Counted from the stretch's first letter, positions 18,067 through 29,681 are shown. The stretch is DNA of 64,000 nucleotides from Egibacteraceae bacterium (GCA_046498405.1 JAWOAS010000138.1:13888-77887); one strand, 5' to 3'. Numbers and translations: made by a program. Notes: a model not told the origin generated them from the sequence alone.

Positions 18067-18795
18067 CTACAGCGGCGGCCAGGGGTAGGGCCGGGCACCG
18101 CGCGGGACGTCGGGCAGCGCGGCGAGCTCGGCCACCCCCGCGGCCCGGCGCGCGAGCGCATCGACCTCGTCGTCGGAGAGCAGCGCGCCAAGGCGCTCGG
18201 CGAGGTCCCCTCCCGCCGCGAGGGCCTCGGCGAGACGCTGGACGTCCGCGCGCAGCGCGGCTGGCACCCCTCGGCCACCGAGCTCCCAGATGACCGTGCG
18301 GAGCTTCGGCGCGACGTGGAACGTCAGGCCGTGGTCGACGCCGAGGAGGCGTCCGTCGTCGGCGGCGAGGACGTGGCTGCCCTTGCGGTCGGCGTTGTTG
18401 ACGAGGAGGTCGAAGACCGCGAGGCGGACGAGGTCGTCGTGGTGGGCCTCCTCCTCGACGAGGACGAAGTAGTGCCGCTCGGGGTCGTGGGGGATGAACA
18501 GCTGCACCGAGCCGGGCCCCATCGGCCCGTCGCGCAGGACCGTCGGGGGCACGAGCCCCCAGCCGAGCGCGTCGCTGACCTCGAAGGCGGCGACCTCGCG
18601 CTGGCAGAGCGTGCCCGAGGGGAAGTCCCACAGCGGGCGCTCCCCCGCCCGCGGCTTGTAGACCGCGGCGAGGTCGTCGGCCTCATCGCCGACGACGCAC
18701 AGCAGCGTGTGGTTGCTCGCGGTGGCGATGAAGCCCTTCGCGTCGAGGGGGGCGGAGGCCAGCCGCGCGCGCAGGTCAGCCCTCGAGGGGGCCAT
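18067..18795 (-). CDS. SCO1664-family protein (PI3/4-kinase-like fold, function unknown)
   Basis: Motifs AVYKPRAGERPLWDFP, REVAAFEVS, NNADRKGSHVL and VDHGLTF match my recollection of the TIGR03843-type family. ATG chosen at 18795. Confidence 0.75.
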   Translation of the reverse strand: MAPSRADLRARLASAPLDAKGFIATASNHTLLCVVGDEADDLAAVYKPRAGERPLWDFPSGTLCQREVAAFEVSDALGWGLVPPTVLRDGPMGPGSVQLFIPHDPERHYFVLVEEEAHHDDLVRLAVFDLLVNNADRKGSHVLAADDGRLLGVDHGLTFHVAPKLRTVIWELGGRGVPAALRADVQRLAEALAAGGDLAERLGALLSDDEVDALARRAAGVAELAALPDVPRGARPYPWPPL

Positions 18796-19303
18796 GGCCG
18801 TTGAGCGCCGGGCAGGTGTGCCCGGCCGGGTCGATGGGGCGGTTGCACAGCCGGCAGGTCTCCCGCGCGCCGGCCTCGACGGCGTAAGCGGCATGGGCGG
18901 CCATGCTCGTGAGCTGCTCCCGGGTCAGCCAGAAGCGCGCGAGCCCCGGCTCGGCGTCGGCGTCGGCGGGGTCCTGGCCGGGCATCTCCTCGACCTCGAG
19001 GACGAAGCGCTCCGCGGCGTCGTCCATGCCCAGGCTCATCGACCCGGCCCGCCACAGCGGCGCCCCGGGGTCGCGCAGGCGCTGGCGGGCCTCGTCGAGG
19101 TCGTCGGGGGTCACGGTGACCCCGGCACGGCCGAGGAGGTCCTGGGCGAGCCGGGCCAGGGAGCGCACCTGCGCCTTCTCGGCGACGAGGGAGACCCGTT
19201 CGTCGCCCGACTGCGCCTGGACGTAGAACGTGCGCCGGCCCGGCTCGCCGATCGCCCCGGCGGTGATGAAGTCGACGGACTCGAACTCGATGGACTCACC
19301 CAC
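18776..19303 (-). CDS. DUF3090-family protein with a C-terminal Cys-rich zinc-ribbon-like tail
   Basis: The GTG at 19303 follows GAGGAGG plus 6 nt. Motifs FITAGAIGEPGRRTFYVQA and C-terminal CRLCNRPIDPAGHTCP. Confidence 0.75.
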   Translation of the reverse strand: MGESIEFESVDFITAGAIGEPGRRTFYVQAQSGDERVSLVAEKAQVRSLARLAQDLLGRAGVTVTPDDLDEARQRLRDPGAPLWRAGSMSLGMDDAAERFVLEVEEMPGQDPADADAEPGLARFWLTREQLTSMAAHAAYAVEAGARETCRLCNRPIDPAGHTCPALNGHGPLEG

Positions 19304-19925
19304 GACTGGCCTCCTCACCCTCGGCGGGCCCCCAGGGCCCGTCGTCGTTGAACCGCACGAGCGCCGGTCGCATGCCCGGCCCGAGTCGCAGCGCCGAGAC
19401 CGACCCCGGCGCGACCTCGAGACGGCCGAAGAGGTCGAGCGGCAGCCCGAGGTAGAAGGCGGTCACGGCCTTGATGACGTCGGCGTGGCTCACCGCGGCG
19501 ATCGTCTCCCGACGATGCTCGGCGACGAGGGCCTCGGTGGCCTCCACCGCGCGCGCCTGCATCGCCCGCAGCGTCTCGCCCTCGGGGAAGCGCACGAGCG
19601 AGGGCAGGCCCTGCACGACCCGCCAGCGGGCGGTGCGGGCGACCTTGGCCAGCGGGCGGTCGGTCCAGCGCCCGTAGTCGACCTCCGCGAGGCCGTCGAC
19701 GGTGCGCACCTCGCCGCCGACCTCCTCGGCGACGTGGTCCGCGGTCTCCTGCGCGCGCACGACCGGGCTGGCGTAGAGCGCCGAGGGCGCCAGCGGGGCG
19801 ATGCGCCGTCCGGCGGCGCGCGCCTGCCCGCGGCCACGCGCGTCGAGGCTCGCCCTGGTGCGGCCACCGAGGCGCACGCCGGTCGAGGCGGTCGTGCCGT
19901 GGCGGATGAGCAGCAGCGTCGTCAT
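19296..19925 (-). CDS. Histidine-phosphatase-family putative phosphomutase (MSMEG_4193 type)
   Basis: Starts MTTLLLIRHG (RHG catalytic motif) and has a downstream SHADVIKA (second catalytic His). Confidence 0.8.
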   Translation of the reverse strand: MTTLLLIRHGTTASTGVRLGGRTRASLDARGRGQARAAGRRIAPLAPSALYASPVVRAQETADHVAEEVGGEVRTVDGLAEVDYGRWTDRPLAKVARTARWRVVQGLPSLVRFPEGETLRAMQARAVEATEALVAEHRRETIAAVSHADVIKAVTAFYLGLPLDLFGRLEVAPGSVSALRLGPGMRPALVRFNDDGPWGPAEGEEASRG

Positions 19926-20059
19926 GGGGCTCCGGTCCTGCCTCGAGGCCCGCGCGGCCGGGGCGCCGGGGGGCGCCGGCCCCGCGGGGGGCGTGGCGGC
20001 CAGCGTATCGAGCCAACTAGGCTGCCCTGCGAGATCCCCGGACGCACAGGAGCCACGCG

Positions 20060-21460
20060 ATGCCCGCCACCAGGACCGAACGCGACTCAATGGGCGAGAT
20101 GCAGGTCCCCGTCGACGCGTACTACGGCGCCCAGACCCAGCGCGCCGTCGAGAACTTCCCCATCTCGGGCCTGCGGATCCCCCGCCAGGTCATCCGCGCC
20201 CTCGGCCTCATCAAGGCCTCCGCAGCGGTCTACAACCACCGCGTCGGCGTGCTCGACGACCGGCAGTACGAGGCGATCGTCCAGGCCGCCGACGAGGTCG
20301 CCGACGGCGCCCACGACGCGCACTTCGTCGTCGACGTCTACCAGACCGGCTCGGGCACGAGCTCGAACATGAACGCCAACGAGGTCATCGCCAACCGCGC
20401 GATCGAGCTGCTCGGTGGCGAGATGGGCTCGAAGGACCCCGTCCACCCCAACGACCACGTCAACGCCGGGCAGTCCTCCAACGACGTCTTCCCCACCGCG
20501 GTCCACGTCGCGGCCTACCTCGCCGCCGCCGAGGAGCTCCTGCCCGCCCTCCACATCCTCCAGGTCTCGCTCGAGGCCAAGGCCAAGGCCTTCGCCGACG
20601 TCGTCAAGCCCGGCCGGACCCACCTCATGGACGCCACCCCGGTCACCCTCGGCCAGGAGCTGGGCGGCTACGCCCGCCAGATCGAGCTCGGGTCCGCGCG
20701 CGTGCGCGCCGCGCTCGAGCGCGTCTCCGAGCTGCCGCTCGGCGGCACCGCCGTGGGCACGGGCCTCAACGCCCCCGAGGGCATGACCGACCGCGTCCTC
20801 GACGAGCTGCGCGACCGCACCGAGACCCTCGCCCTGCGCGAGGCCGACAACCACTTCGAGGCCCAGGGCGCGCGCGACGGGCTCGTCGAGCTCAGCGGGG
20901 CCCTCAAGGTCGTCGCCGTGTCGATGACGAAGATCGCGAACGACATCCGCCTCATGGGCTCGGGTCCCCGCACCGGCATCGGCGAGCTGCAGCTGCCGGA
21001 GATCCAGCCGGGCAGCTCAATCATGCCGGCCAAGGTCAACCCCGTCATCCCCGAGTCGGTGACCCAGGCCTGCGCGCAGGTCATCGGCAACGACACCGCG
21101 GTGACCGTCGGAGGGATGAACGGCCACTTCGAGCTCAACGTCTACATCCCGATGATGGCCCGCAACGTCCTCGAGTCCATCGCCCTGCTGTCGACGAGCG
21201 CGGCGAACTTCGCCGAGCAGTGCATCGACGGGCTCACGGCCAACGTCGAGCGCGCCACCGAGCTCGTCGAGCGGGACCTCGCCATCGTCACCGCGCTCGT
21301 GCCGGCCATCGGCTACGACAAGAGCGCCGAGCTCTCTAAGCAGGCGCTAGCCGAGGACCGACCGCTGCGCGACGTCGTCAAGGAGGCCGGGGTGCTCTCC
21401 GACGACGAGGTCGACCGCATCCTCGACATCAAGCGCATGACCGAGGGCGGCGTCCTCTAG
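20060..21460 (+). CDS. fumC: Class II fumarate hydratase (fumarase/aspartase superfamily)
   Basis: GAQTQRAVENFPISG, QTGSGTSSNMNANEV, HPNDHVN..QSSND, the signature GSSIMPAKVNP, and ELNVYIPMMARN. Overall it closely resembles actinobacterial FumC as I remember it. The Ala in SSIMPAK is aspartase-like, so a small doubt remains. Confidence 0.85.
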   Translation: MPATRTERDSMGEMQVPVDAYYGAQTQRAVENFPISGLRIPRQVIRALGLIKASAAVYNHRVGVLDDRQYEAIVQAADEVADGAHDAHFVVDVYQTGSGTSSNMNANEVIANRAIELLGGEMGSKDPVHPNDHVNAGQSSNDVFPTAVHVAAYLAAAEELLPALHILQVSLEAKAKAFADVVKPGRTHLMDATPVTLGQELGGYARQIELGSARVRAALERVSELPLGGTAVGTGLNAPEGMTDRVLDELRDRTETLALREADNHFEAQGARDGLVELSGALKVVAVSMTKIANDIRLMGSGPRTGIGELQLPEIQPGSSIMPAKVNPVIPESVTQACAQVIGNDTAVTVGGMNGHFELNVYIPMMARNVLESIALLSTSAANFAEQCIDGLTANVERATELVERDLAIVTALVPAIGYDKSAELSKQALAEDRPLRDVVKEAGVLSDDEVDRILDIKRMTEGGVL

Positions 21461-21490
21461 GCGCCGCCCCGCCTCGCGCGGGCCGCGGCC

Positions 21491-21967
21491 TCAAGCCCCC
21501 GCCTCGCGGCGCAGCTCCGCCGCGAGGTGGTGGGTCATCGGCAGACCCATCGCCGCCATGCGCACCGCGTAGGTGAGCACGTCGCCGTCGACGGTGAGCT
21601 CGCGCTCGAGGGCGTCGACGCGCTTGGCGGTCGGGGCCACGCCGACCTCGGTCGTGGCCAGCCGCAGCGTCGTGCCCTCGACGGTGCCGGCGTGGATCTC
21701 GGTGATCCCGCTGGGCTGGGCGAGGACGAGCTCGACGCGGCCCTCGCCGACCGCCCGCAGGTAGCCGGTCTCGGCGTGCATCGGCGCGCCGGTGGCCGCG
21801 TCGGCGGTCCGCTGCGTGTAGACGAGGAACGGCTTGCCGGTGTGGCCGAAGGTCACCCACTCGCGGTAGGCGAAGTCGTCGATCGTAGGGTAGGTCCCAC
21901 GACCCTCCCCGCTCCAGGAGCCGAGGAGGAAGGACAGGGGCGCAGCGGCGGGATGCAGGTCGGTCAC
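21491..21967 (-). CDS. Nitrobindin-like / FABP-family beta-barrel protein (UPF0678)
   Basis: The GTG at 21967 gives VTDLHPAAAPLSFLLGSWSGEGRGTYPTI, the typical N-terminus of this family. About 158 aa. Confidence 0.75.
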   Translation of the reverse strand: MTDLHPAAAPLSFLLGSWSGEGRGTYPTIDDFAYREWVTFGHTGKPFLVYTQRTADAATGAPMHAETGYLRAVGEGRVELVLAQPSGITEIHAGTVEGTTLRLATTEVGVAPTAKRVDALERELTVDGDVLTYAVRMAAMGLPMTHHLAAELRREAGA

Positions 21968-22035
21968 GCCGGCAGTCTCGCACACCGCCGACGGGCGGTC
22001 GCGCGCGGCGCCCGCCCAGGCGCGAGGCCGCACGG

Positions 22036-25048
<3,013 letters not shown>

Positions 25049-25080
25049 ATCTTGCGCCGCCCATGGTGCCGCTGCCAGCC

Positions 25081-25722
25081 TCATCCGAGCAGCTCCCGGC
25101 GGTAGGCCTGGCTCACGAGCTCGGCGCGGTCGCCGGCGTCGAGCTTGCGCAGGAGGTGCTGGAGGTGCTTCTGCACCGTGCGCACCGACACGCCGAGCCG
25201 CTCGGCGATCTCGGCGTTCGACGAGCCGCCGGCGACGAGCTCGAGGACCTCGCGCTCGCGGGTGGTGAGCTCGGCCTGACCCACGCCCACGCCCCGCCCG
25301 AGGCTGTCGACGAGCTTGGGCACGAACGCCTCGCCGATGACCGTCTCCCCGGCGACGCAGCGCCGGATCCCCTCGGCGAGCTCGGCGCCGGAGATGCTCT
25401 TGAGCAGGAAGCCGTCGGCCCCGGCGGCCAGCGCCGAGCGCAGCGTGCTCGCCGAGGTCTGCGCCGACAGCACGAGGATCGCCACACCGTTGCCGGCGGC
25501 GCGCAGCCGCTCGGCGACCTCGAGTCCCCAGCCCTCGCCGAGGCGGAGGTCGAGCAGGACGAGGTCGGGCTCGTGCTTGGCGACCTCCTCGAGCGCGTCG
25601 CCGACGCCGGCGGCCTCGCCGACGACGACGATGCCCTCGTCGACGGCGGTGAGCAGGCGCACCAGGCCCTCCCGGACGAGGTCGTGGTCGTCGACGAGGA
25701 CGACGCGGACCGGGCCGCTCAT
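25081..25722 (-). CDS. NarL/LuxR-family response regulator (no cognate kinase in the window)
   Basis: Receiver domain (VLVDDH, DLVLLDLRL) plus a LuxR helix-turn-helix (LTTREREVLELVAGGSSNAEIAERLGVSVRTVQKH). ATGA overlap with the upstream NYN gene. Confidence 0.9.
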   Translation of the reverse strand: MSGPVRVVLVDDHDLVREGLVRLLTAVDEGIVVVGEAAGVGDALEEVAKHEPDLVLLDLRLGEGWGLEVAERLRAAGNGVAILVLSAQTSASTLRSALAAGADGFLLKSISGAELAEGIRRCVAGETVIGEAFVPKLVDSLGRGVGVGQAELTTREREVLELVAGGSSNAEIAERLGVSVRTVQKHLQHLLRKLDAGDRAELVSQAYRRELLG

Positions 25723-26975
25723 CCCTCGCCGTCGCCCTCCGCTGCCGGAGCGAGGACGTAGTCGTCGGCGTCCTCGTCCCAGGTCATCGTGACGAGGCCG
25801 CGGGTGCGCGCCGCCTTCGCGAACTGCAGGAAGCCGCCGAAGCCGAACTCCTTCTCGCTGAAGTCGGGATCGCGCTTGCGCAGCTGGTCCTTGAGCCCCG
25901 ACAGCGGCGGCGGGCCGCCCTCGGCGTGGAGGTCGGCGACGACCTCGGCGAGCAGCGCGAAGGCCCGGTCCTCGCCGCTGGACTCCTCGGGGAAGAAGAC
26001 CTCGGGGTCGCCCTTGGCGGGGCCGTGCTCGAGCTCGATGATCTTGCGGTCGGCGAGGTGGCGCAGCAGTTCGCCAAAGGCGCGGAAGCCGTAGTCGGCC
26101 TCGCTGAAGGTCGGGTCCTTGCGCAGTAGCGCCCGTTTGAGGTTCGAGGCGAGCACCGCCCCGCCCGAGGAGCGCTGGAGCCCCGCCAGCGTCTGGGTCA
26201 CGAGCTTGCCGAGCGGCGCGGGCTCGTCGCCGACGGTGATGGCCTCGTCGTCATGGTCGGCCTCGACCTCGACATGGTCGGCGACCTCGGGCGCGACCGG
26301 CCCGGGCGCCGCGGTGGGCTCGGGCCCGGCGGTGGGCTCGGGCCCGGGTCCAGGCTCGGGCGCCGCGACCTCGTCGTCCGGCGACGTCGTCGGCTCGTCG
26401 GACTGGCCGGCCGCCGGCGCGCGCGGCGCGGGTGCCCGTCCTCCCCCGCGGCCACCGCGACGCCGACCGCCGCGCCCGCCCTTGCCCTTGGGCACGTTGA
26501 CGCCCTCGAGGCGCTCGTAGAAGAGGAACTCGTCGCAGGCCGGGGGCAGCAGCGCCGACGTCGAGGCCTGCAGCCCCAGGCCGATGACCCGCTTGTTGAG
26601 CTCGCGCAGCTTGGCGACCAGCGGGGTGAAGTCGCTGTCGCCGGTGCCGATGACGAACGTCGTGATGTAGTCGCGCTCGAAGGACAGCTCGATCGCGTCG
26701 ACGGCCATCTTGATGTCGGCGGCGTTCTTGCGGACCGCCCCCATGCGCTGGGGGATCTCGATGAGCTCGACATGCTGCTGGGTCAGCATCCGTCGGTCGT
26801 CGTCGAAGTACGACCAGTCGGCGTAGGCGCGGCGCACGACGACGCGGCCGCGGTCGGCGAGCGCGTCGGCGACGGGCTTGAGGTCGAAGCGCAGACCGTT
26901 GAGGTCCTCGCGGGCACCGATCGCGAGGTTCTCGTAGTCGAGGAACAGCGCGATGCGTTCTTCATCGGAGGTCAT
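25719..26975 (-). CDS. NYN (LabA-like) domain protein with C-terminal OST-HTH/LOTUS-like repeats
   Basis: N-terminal IALFLDYENL..AADIKMAVDAIE..VIGTGDSDFTPLV is the NYN/LabA pattern. A Gly/Arg/Pro-rich linker follows, then two similar helical modules (LASNLKRALLRKDPTFSEADYGFRAFGELL and LSGLKDQLRKRDPDFSEKEFGFGGFLQF). Confidence 0.8.
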   Translation of the reverse strand: MTSDEERIALFLDYENLAIGAREDLNGLRFDLKPVADALADRGRVVVRRAYADWSYFDDDRRMLTQQHVELIEIPQRMGAVRKNAADIKMAVDAIELSFERDYITTFVIGTGDSDFTPLVAKLRELNKRVIGLGLQASTSALLPPACDEFLFYERLEGVNVPKGKGGRGGRRRGGRGGGRAPAPRAPAAGQSDEPTTSPDDEVAAPEPGPGPEPTAGPEPTAAPGPVAPEVADHVEVEADHDDEAITVGDEPAPLGKLVTQTLAGLQRSSGGAVLASNLKRALLRKDPTFSEADYGFRAFGELLRHLADRKIIELEHGPAKGDPEVFFPEESSGEDRAFALLAEVVADLHAEGGPPPLSGLKDQLRKRDPDFSEKEFGFGGFLQFAKAARTRGLVTMTWDEDADDYVLAPAAEGDGEG

Positions 26976-27022
26976 GGCAGAGCAGGCTAGCGGATCCGCA
27001 GCGCTACCCTGCCCATGTGCCC

Positions 27023-27096
27023 GGGGGCGTGGCCCAACAGGCAGAGGCGCGCCGCTTAAAACGGCGGAGCTGTGGGTTCGAGTCCCACCGCCCCCA
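27023..27096 (+). tRNA. 74-nt tRNA, anticodon UAA (Leu by anticodon), Leu-like 3-bp D-stem, but only a 5-nt variable loop
   Basis: Folded by hand. Acceptor GGGGGCG/CGCCCCC; U8; D-arm GCC-CAACAGGCAGA-GGC with G18G19; anticodon stem CGCCG/CGGCG with loop CUUAAAA (U33, UAA, A37, A38). Variable loop GAGCU; T-arm GUGGG-UUCGAGU-CCCAC; discriminator A73; no encoded CCA. TACCCT (-10-like) lies 12 nt upstream. Confidence 0.7.
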
Positions 27097-27122
27097 CGCC
27101 GGCGCGAGGGCGCTCCGCACGC

Positions 27123-28241
27123 TCACGCAGAGGTCGCGGGGTCCTCCTCGACGTCGTAGCGCAGCTCGGCCCCGCGCAGGCTCTCCGCCTCGTGCAGCGC
27201 CGTCATCGCCAGCGCGAGCGCGTCGTTGGAGCTCTCGGCCGGCAGGTGGACGCGGGCGCGCACGCTGCGGCGACCGTCGTCGTCCTCCCAGGTCTCGATC
27301 CCCCCGACGATGCCGATGCTGCTGAGCGCCCGGCCGAGCTCCTCACGCGGGGCCGCCACCGCGGCGTCGAGCCGCGCGGTGACGACGACGATGTGCTCGG
27401 CGGCGCCCGCCTCGCCCGCGGCGTACTCGGCGGGCGCGGGCTGCCCGGCGCTGGCCGTCGAGGCTCGCGCGTCCTCGGGCTGCGGCCCGACGTCGATGGC
27501 GACGACGAGAGTGGCCTCGGGGGCGCGCCAGGCGACGTGGGTCGTGGCCGTGCGCAGCCCGGACGCCGTGGGCGCGACCGGCACGACGACGAGGTCGTCG
27601 TCGTCGGCGGCGGCGCCGATCGCCATCGCGTAGCGGCGGGGATCGTGGTGGACGCGGTCGGACAGCGCGGCGACGACCTCCGGCAGGTCGGTGTCGGCGG
27701 CCCCGGTGCGCAGGACGCGGATGCGGTGCGGACGCGGTCCGGCCAAGCGCCGCGCGAGGTCGGCGGCCAGGCGCACCCCGCCCTCGCCGGCGGGCTGGAG
27801 ATGGTCGTCGGACAGCGGGACAAGGACGTGCTCGGTCGGGCGCTGACCGAGTCGCACGACGGCCATCGGCGTGCGCGAGCGGCCCACGACGGTGTCGATG
27901 AGCTCGCCGAAGACGTTGCGGTTCGTGCTCCGGCCGCGCCAGCCCATGACGACGAGCGTCACGCCGTGCTCGGCGGCGGCGTCGAGCACCCCGTCGGCGA
28001 CGTCGTCGCGGTCAACGACGAGGCCACGGCTGGCCACCCCCCAGTCGCGCACGACCTCCTCGGCGGCGGCCACGAGCGCGCTCGCGTCGTCGCGCACCGC
28101 GCTGGGCGCCTGCGCCGGCACGACGGTCAACGGCAGCACGACGCCGCCGTCGGCCCGGGCCACCGCGACGGCGTGGGCCATGAGCCCCTCGGCCGAGGCG
28201 GGGTTGGTGAGCGGCACCATGACCACCGATCCGAGTGCCAT
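27123..28241 (-). CDS. Universal stress protein family protein (tandem USP-like domains plus a C-terminal extension)
   Basis: ATG at 28241 follows GGAGGTGGTG. USP-like segments (VTLVVMGWRGRS, DLVVVPV). The remaining upstream part of the 682-aa ORF is Arg-rich and overlaps the next gene out of frame. Confidence 0.75.
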   Translation of the reverse strand: MALGSVVMVPLTNPASAEGLMAHAVAVARADGGVVLPLTVVPAQAPSAVRDDASALVAAAEEVVRDWGVASRGLVVDRDDVADGVLDAAAEHGVTLVVMGWRGRSTNRNVFGELIDTVVGRSRTPMAVVRLGQRPTEHVLVPLSDDHLQPAGEGGVRLAADLARRLAGPRPHRIRVLRTGAADTDLPEVVAALSDRVHHDPRRYAMAIGAAADDDDLVVVPVAPTASGLRTATTHVAWRAPEATLVVAIDVGPQPEDARASTASAGQPAPAEYAAGEAGAAEHIVVVTARLDAAVAAPREELGRALSSIGIVGGIETWEDDDGRRSVRARVHLPAESSNDALALAMTALHEAESLRGAELRYDVEEDPATSA

Positions 28242-28260
28242 CACCACCTCCTGCTCGACC

Positions 28261-28294
28261 GGTGCCCGGCGTGACCGCGGATACGCCGGGCACC
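28261..28294. terminator. 11-bp stem / 12-nt loop hairpin between the Nudix::YjeF_N stop and the USP start
   Basis: GGTGCCCGGCG-TGACCGCGGATA-CGCCGGGCACC read directly. Whether it acts as a terminator or a 5'-UTR element is not established. Confidence 0.35.
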
Positions 28295-28411
28295 GCGGCG
28301 ACGTTCCACGACGGGTGAGGCCACCGCGGCCGTCGCATCCTGGCCTGGCCCCGAGGCCTGAGCGAGCGTACCCGACGCCGTCGCCGCCACGCCGGCAGCC
28401 TGCCGCCGACC

Positions 28412-29677
28412 TCACTCGCGCCAGCCGGCCGGGTCCCGGCCGCCGACGAGGCGCCGCAGGCCACCGTCGGCGTCGACGACGAGCACCTCGCCGATGAACG
28501 GCTCGACGCCCGGCGCGGTGGCCGCCGTGCGCGGCGCCCCGAGCGCGACGGTGACGTCCGCGCTGGGCAGCTCGCCGAGCAGGCCCTCGCGGGGATGCAG
28601 CCCCGAGGGCAGGTCGACGGCGACGATCGCCGCCCGGCGGCGCTGCAGGGCCCGCAATGCCGCGAGCGGCCCTCCGCGCAGCGCGCCGTCGAGGCCGCCA
28701 CCGACGAGGGCGTCGACGACGACGCCGGCCGGGGGCAGCTCGCCGCCGGGGCGCTGGCAGGCCACGCGCTCGAGGCCCCGCGTCGCGGCGTCCTCGGCGA
28801 CGACGGCGACGGGATGGCCGGCCGCCTCGAGGGCCCTCGCCGTGGCGAGGCCCGCCCGGCCGTTGCCACCCCCGCCGGCGAGCACGACGACCCCGCGTCG
28901 CTCGTGGTCGAGGCGACGCGCGACCTCGGCGATGCGCCCGCCGACGATGCCGAGTCGTCGGGGACCCGGCGCACCCTCCGCAGGCGCGGACCCGGCGCTG
29001 CCGGTGGGAGGCAGGTCGGCGAAGCGCGGCCGGCGGGGTGGGCCGGCCCGGGTGGCGAGCCATGGCGCGACCTCGCGGTCGGCCCCGAGGTCGGCCGGGG
29101 TGAGGCCGCGGTGCCAGCCAGGGACGAGCGCATCGAGCAACGCGGCGGTGAGCAGGCCCGTCGCCCCCCACAAGAGGTTGCGGTCATCGAGCTGCCAGGC
29201 CCACGACGCCCGCGTCGTCGACAGCCGTACGACCCGCCACCGCGCCGGGTCGCAGAGCGCTGCGAGCCCGACGGAGAGGATCTCGGCGACCTCGGCCTCG
29301 CTGCGCACGAGGGGGTGCGGTCGACGCCACCGGCCGACGACCGCCTGCAACCAGAAGCGCGACGGCGGGACGTAGAGGGCCGGCAGGGCCCCGAGTGGGT
29401 CGACGGTCGAGGCGTCGAGGCCGATCTCCTCGTGGGCCTCCCGCAGCGCCGCCTCCTCGACGGTCTCGCCGGGGTCGACGCCACCGCCCGGCAGCGAAAC
29501 CTGGCCGGGGTGGGTGCGCAGGTCCTCGCGGCGCCGGGTGTAGACGATGCGCAGGTCGTCGCCGGCCTCGGACAGCAGCGCGAGCGCGGCGCCTACCCGG
29601 GCCTCACCGGAGCGGGCGAGGACGTCGGGCGCGCCAAGCGCTTCGGCGAGGGCGCCCCAGCGCGCGCCGGCCGGCAC
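28412..29677 (-). CDS. Fusion protein: Nudix hydrolase (CoA-pyrophosphatase-like) + YjeF_N (NAD(P)HX epimerase-like) domain
   Basis: N-terminal half: LRIVYTRRREDLRTHPGQVSLPGGGVDPGETVEEAALREAHEEIGL (NuCoA-like motif plus Nudix box). C-terminal half: VVVLAGGGGNGRAGLATARAL..DALVGGGL..VDLPSG (YjeF_N pattern, glycine motif degenerate). I chose the GTG at 29677 because 29678-29755 is better explained by the microprotein frame. Confidence 0.75.
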   Translation of the reverse strand: MPAGARWGALAEALGAPDVLARSGEARVGAALALLSEAGDDLRIVYTRRREDLRTHPGQVSLPGGGVDPGETVEEAALREAHEEIGLDASTVDPLGALPALYVPPSRFWLQAVVGRWRRPHPLVRSEAEVAEILSVGLAALCDPARWRVVRLSTTRASWAWQLDDRNLLWGATGLLTAALLDALVPGWHRGLTPADLGADREVAPWLATRAGPPRRPRFADLPPTGSAGSAPAEGAPGPRRLGIVGGRIAEVARRLDHERRGVVVLAGGGGNGRAGLATARALEAAGHPVAVVAEDAATRGLERVACQRPGGELPPAGVVVDALVGGGLDGALRGGPLAALRALQRRRAAIVAVDLPSGLHPREGLLGELPSADVTVALGAPRTAATAPGVEPFIGEVLVVDADGGLRRLVGGRDPAGWRE

Positions 29678-29681
29678 CCCC

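Noticed and set aside
20060-21460. Possibility that the fumarase-family gene is aspartate ammonia-lyase (the SSIMPAKVNP signature has Ala, as in aspartases)
   Set aside because: The rest of the sequence (GAQTQRAVENFPISG, QTGSGTSSNMN, HPNDHVN..QSSND, ELNVYIPMMARN) matches actinobacterial FumC as I remember it much better than AspA. I kept it as fumC with residual doubt; a phylogeny would settle it.
26976-27122. tRNA genes (27023..27096 and 49886..49959) as integration sites of a genomic island or prophage
   Set aside because: No integrase, excisionase, phage gene or direct repeat of the tRNA 3' end was seen on either side. The flanking genes are ordinary chromosomal genes of similar composition.
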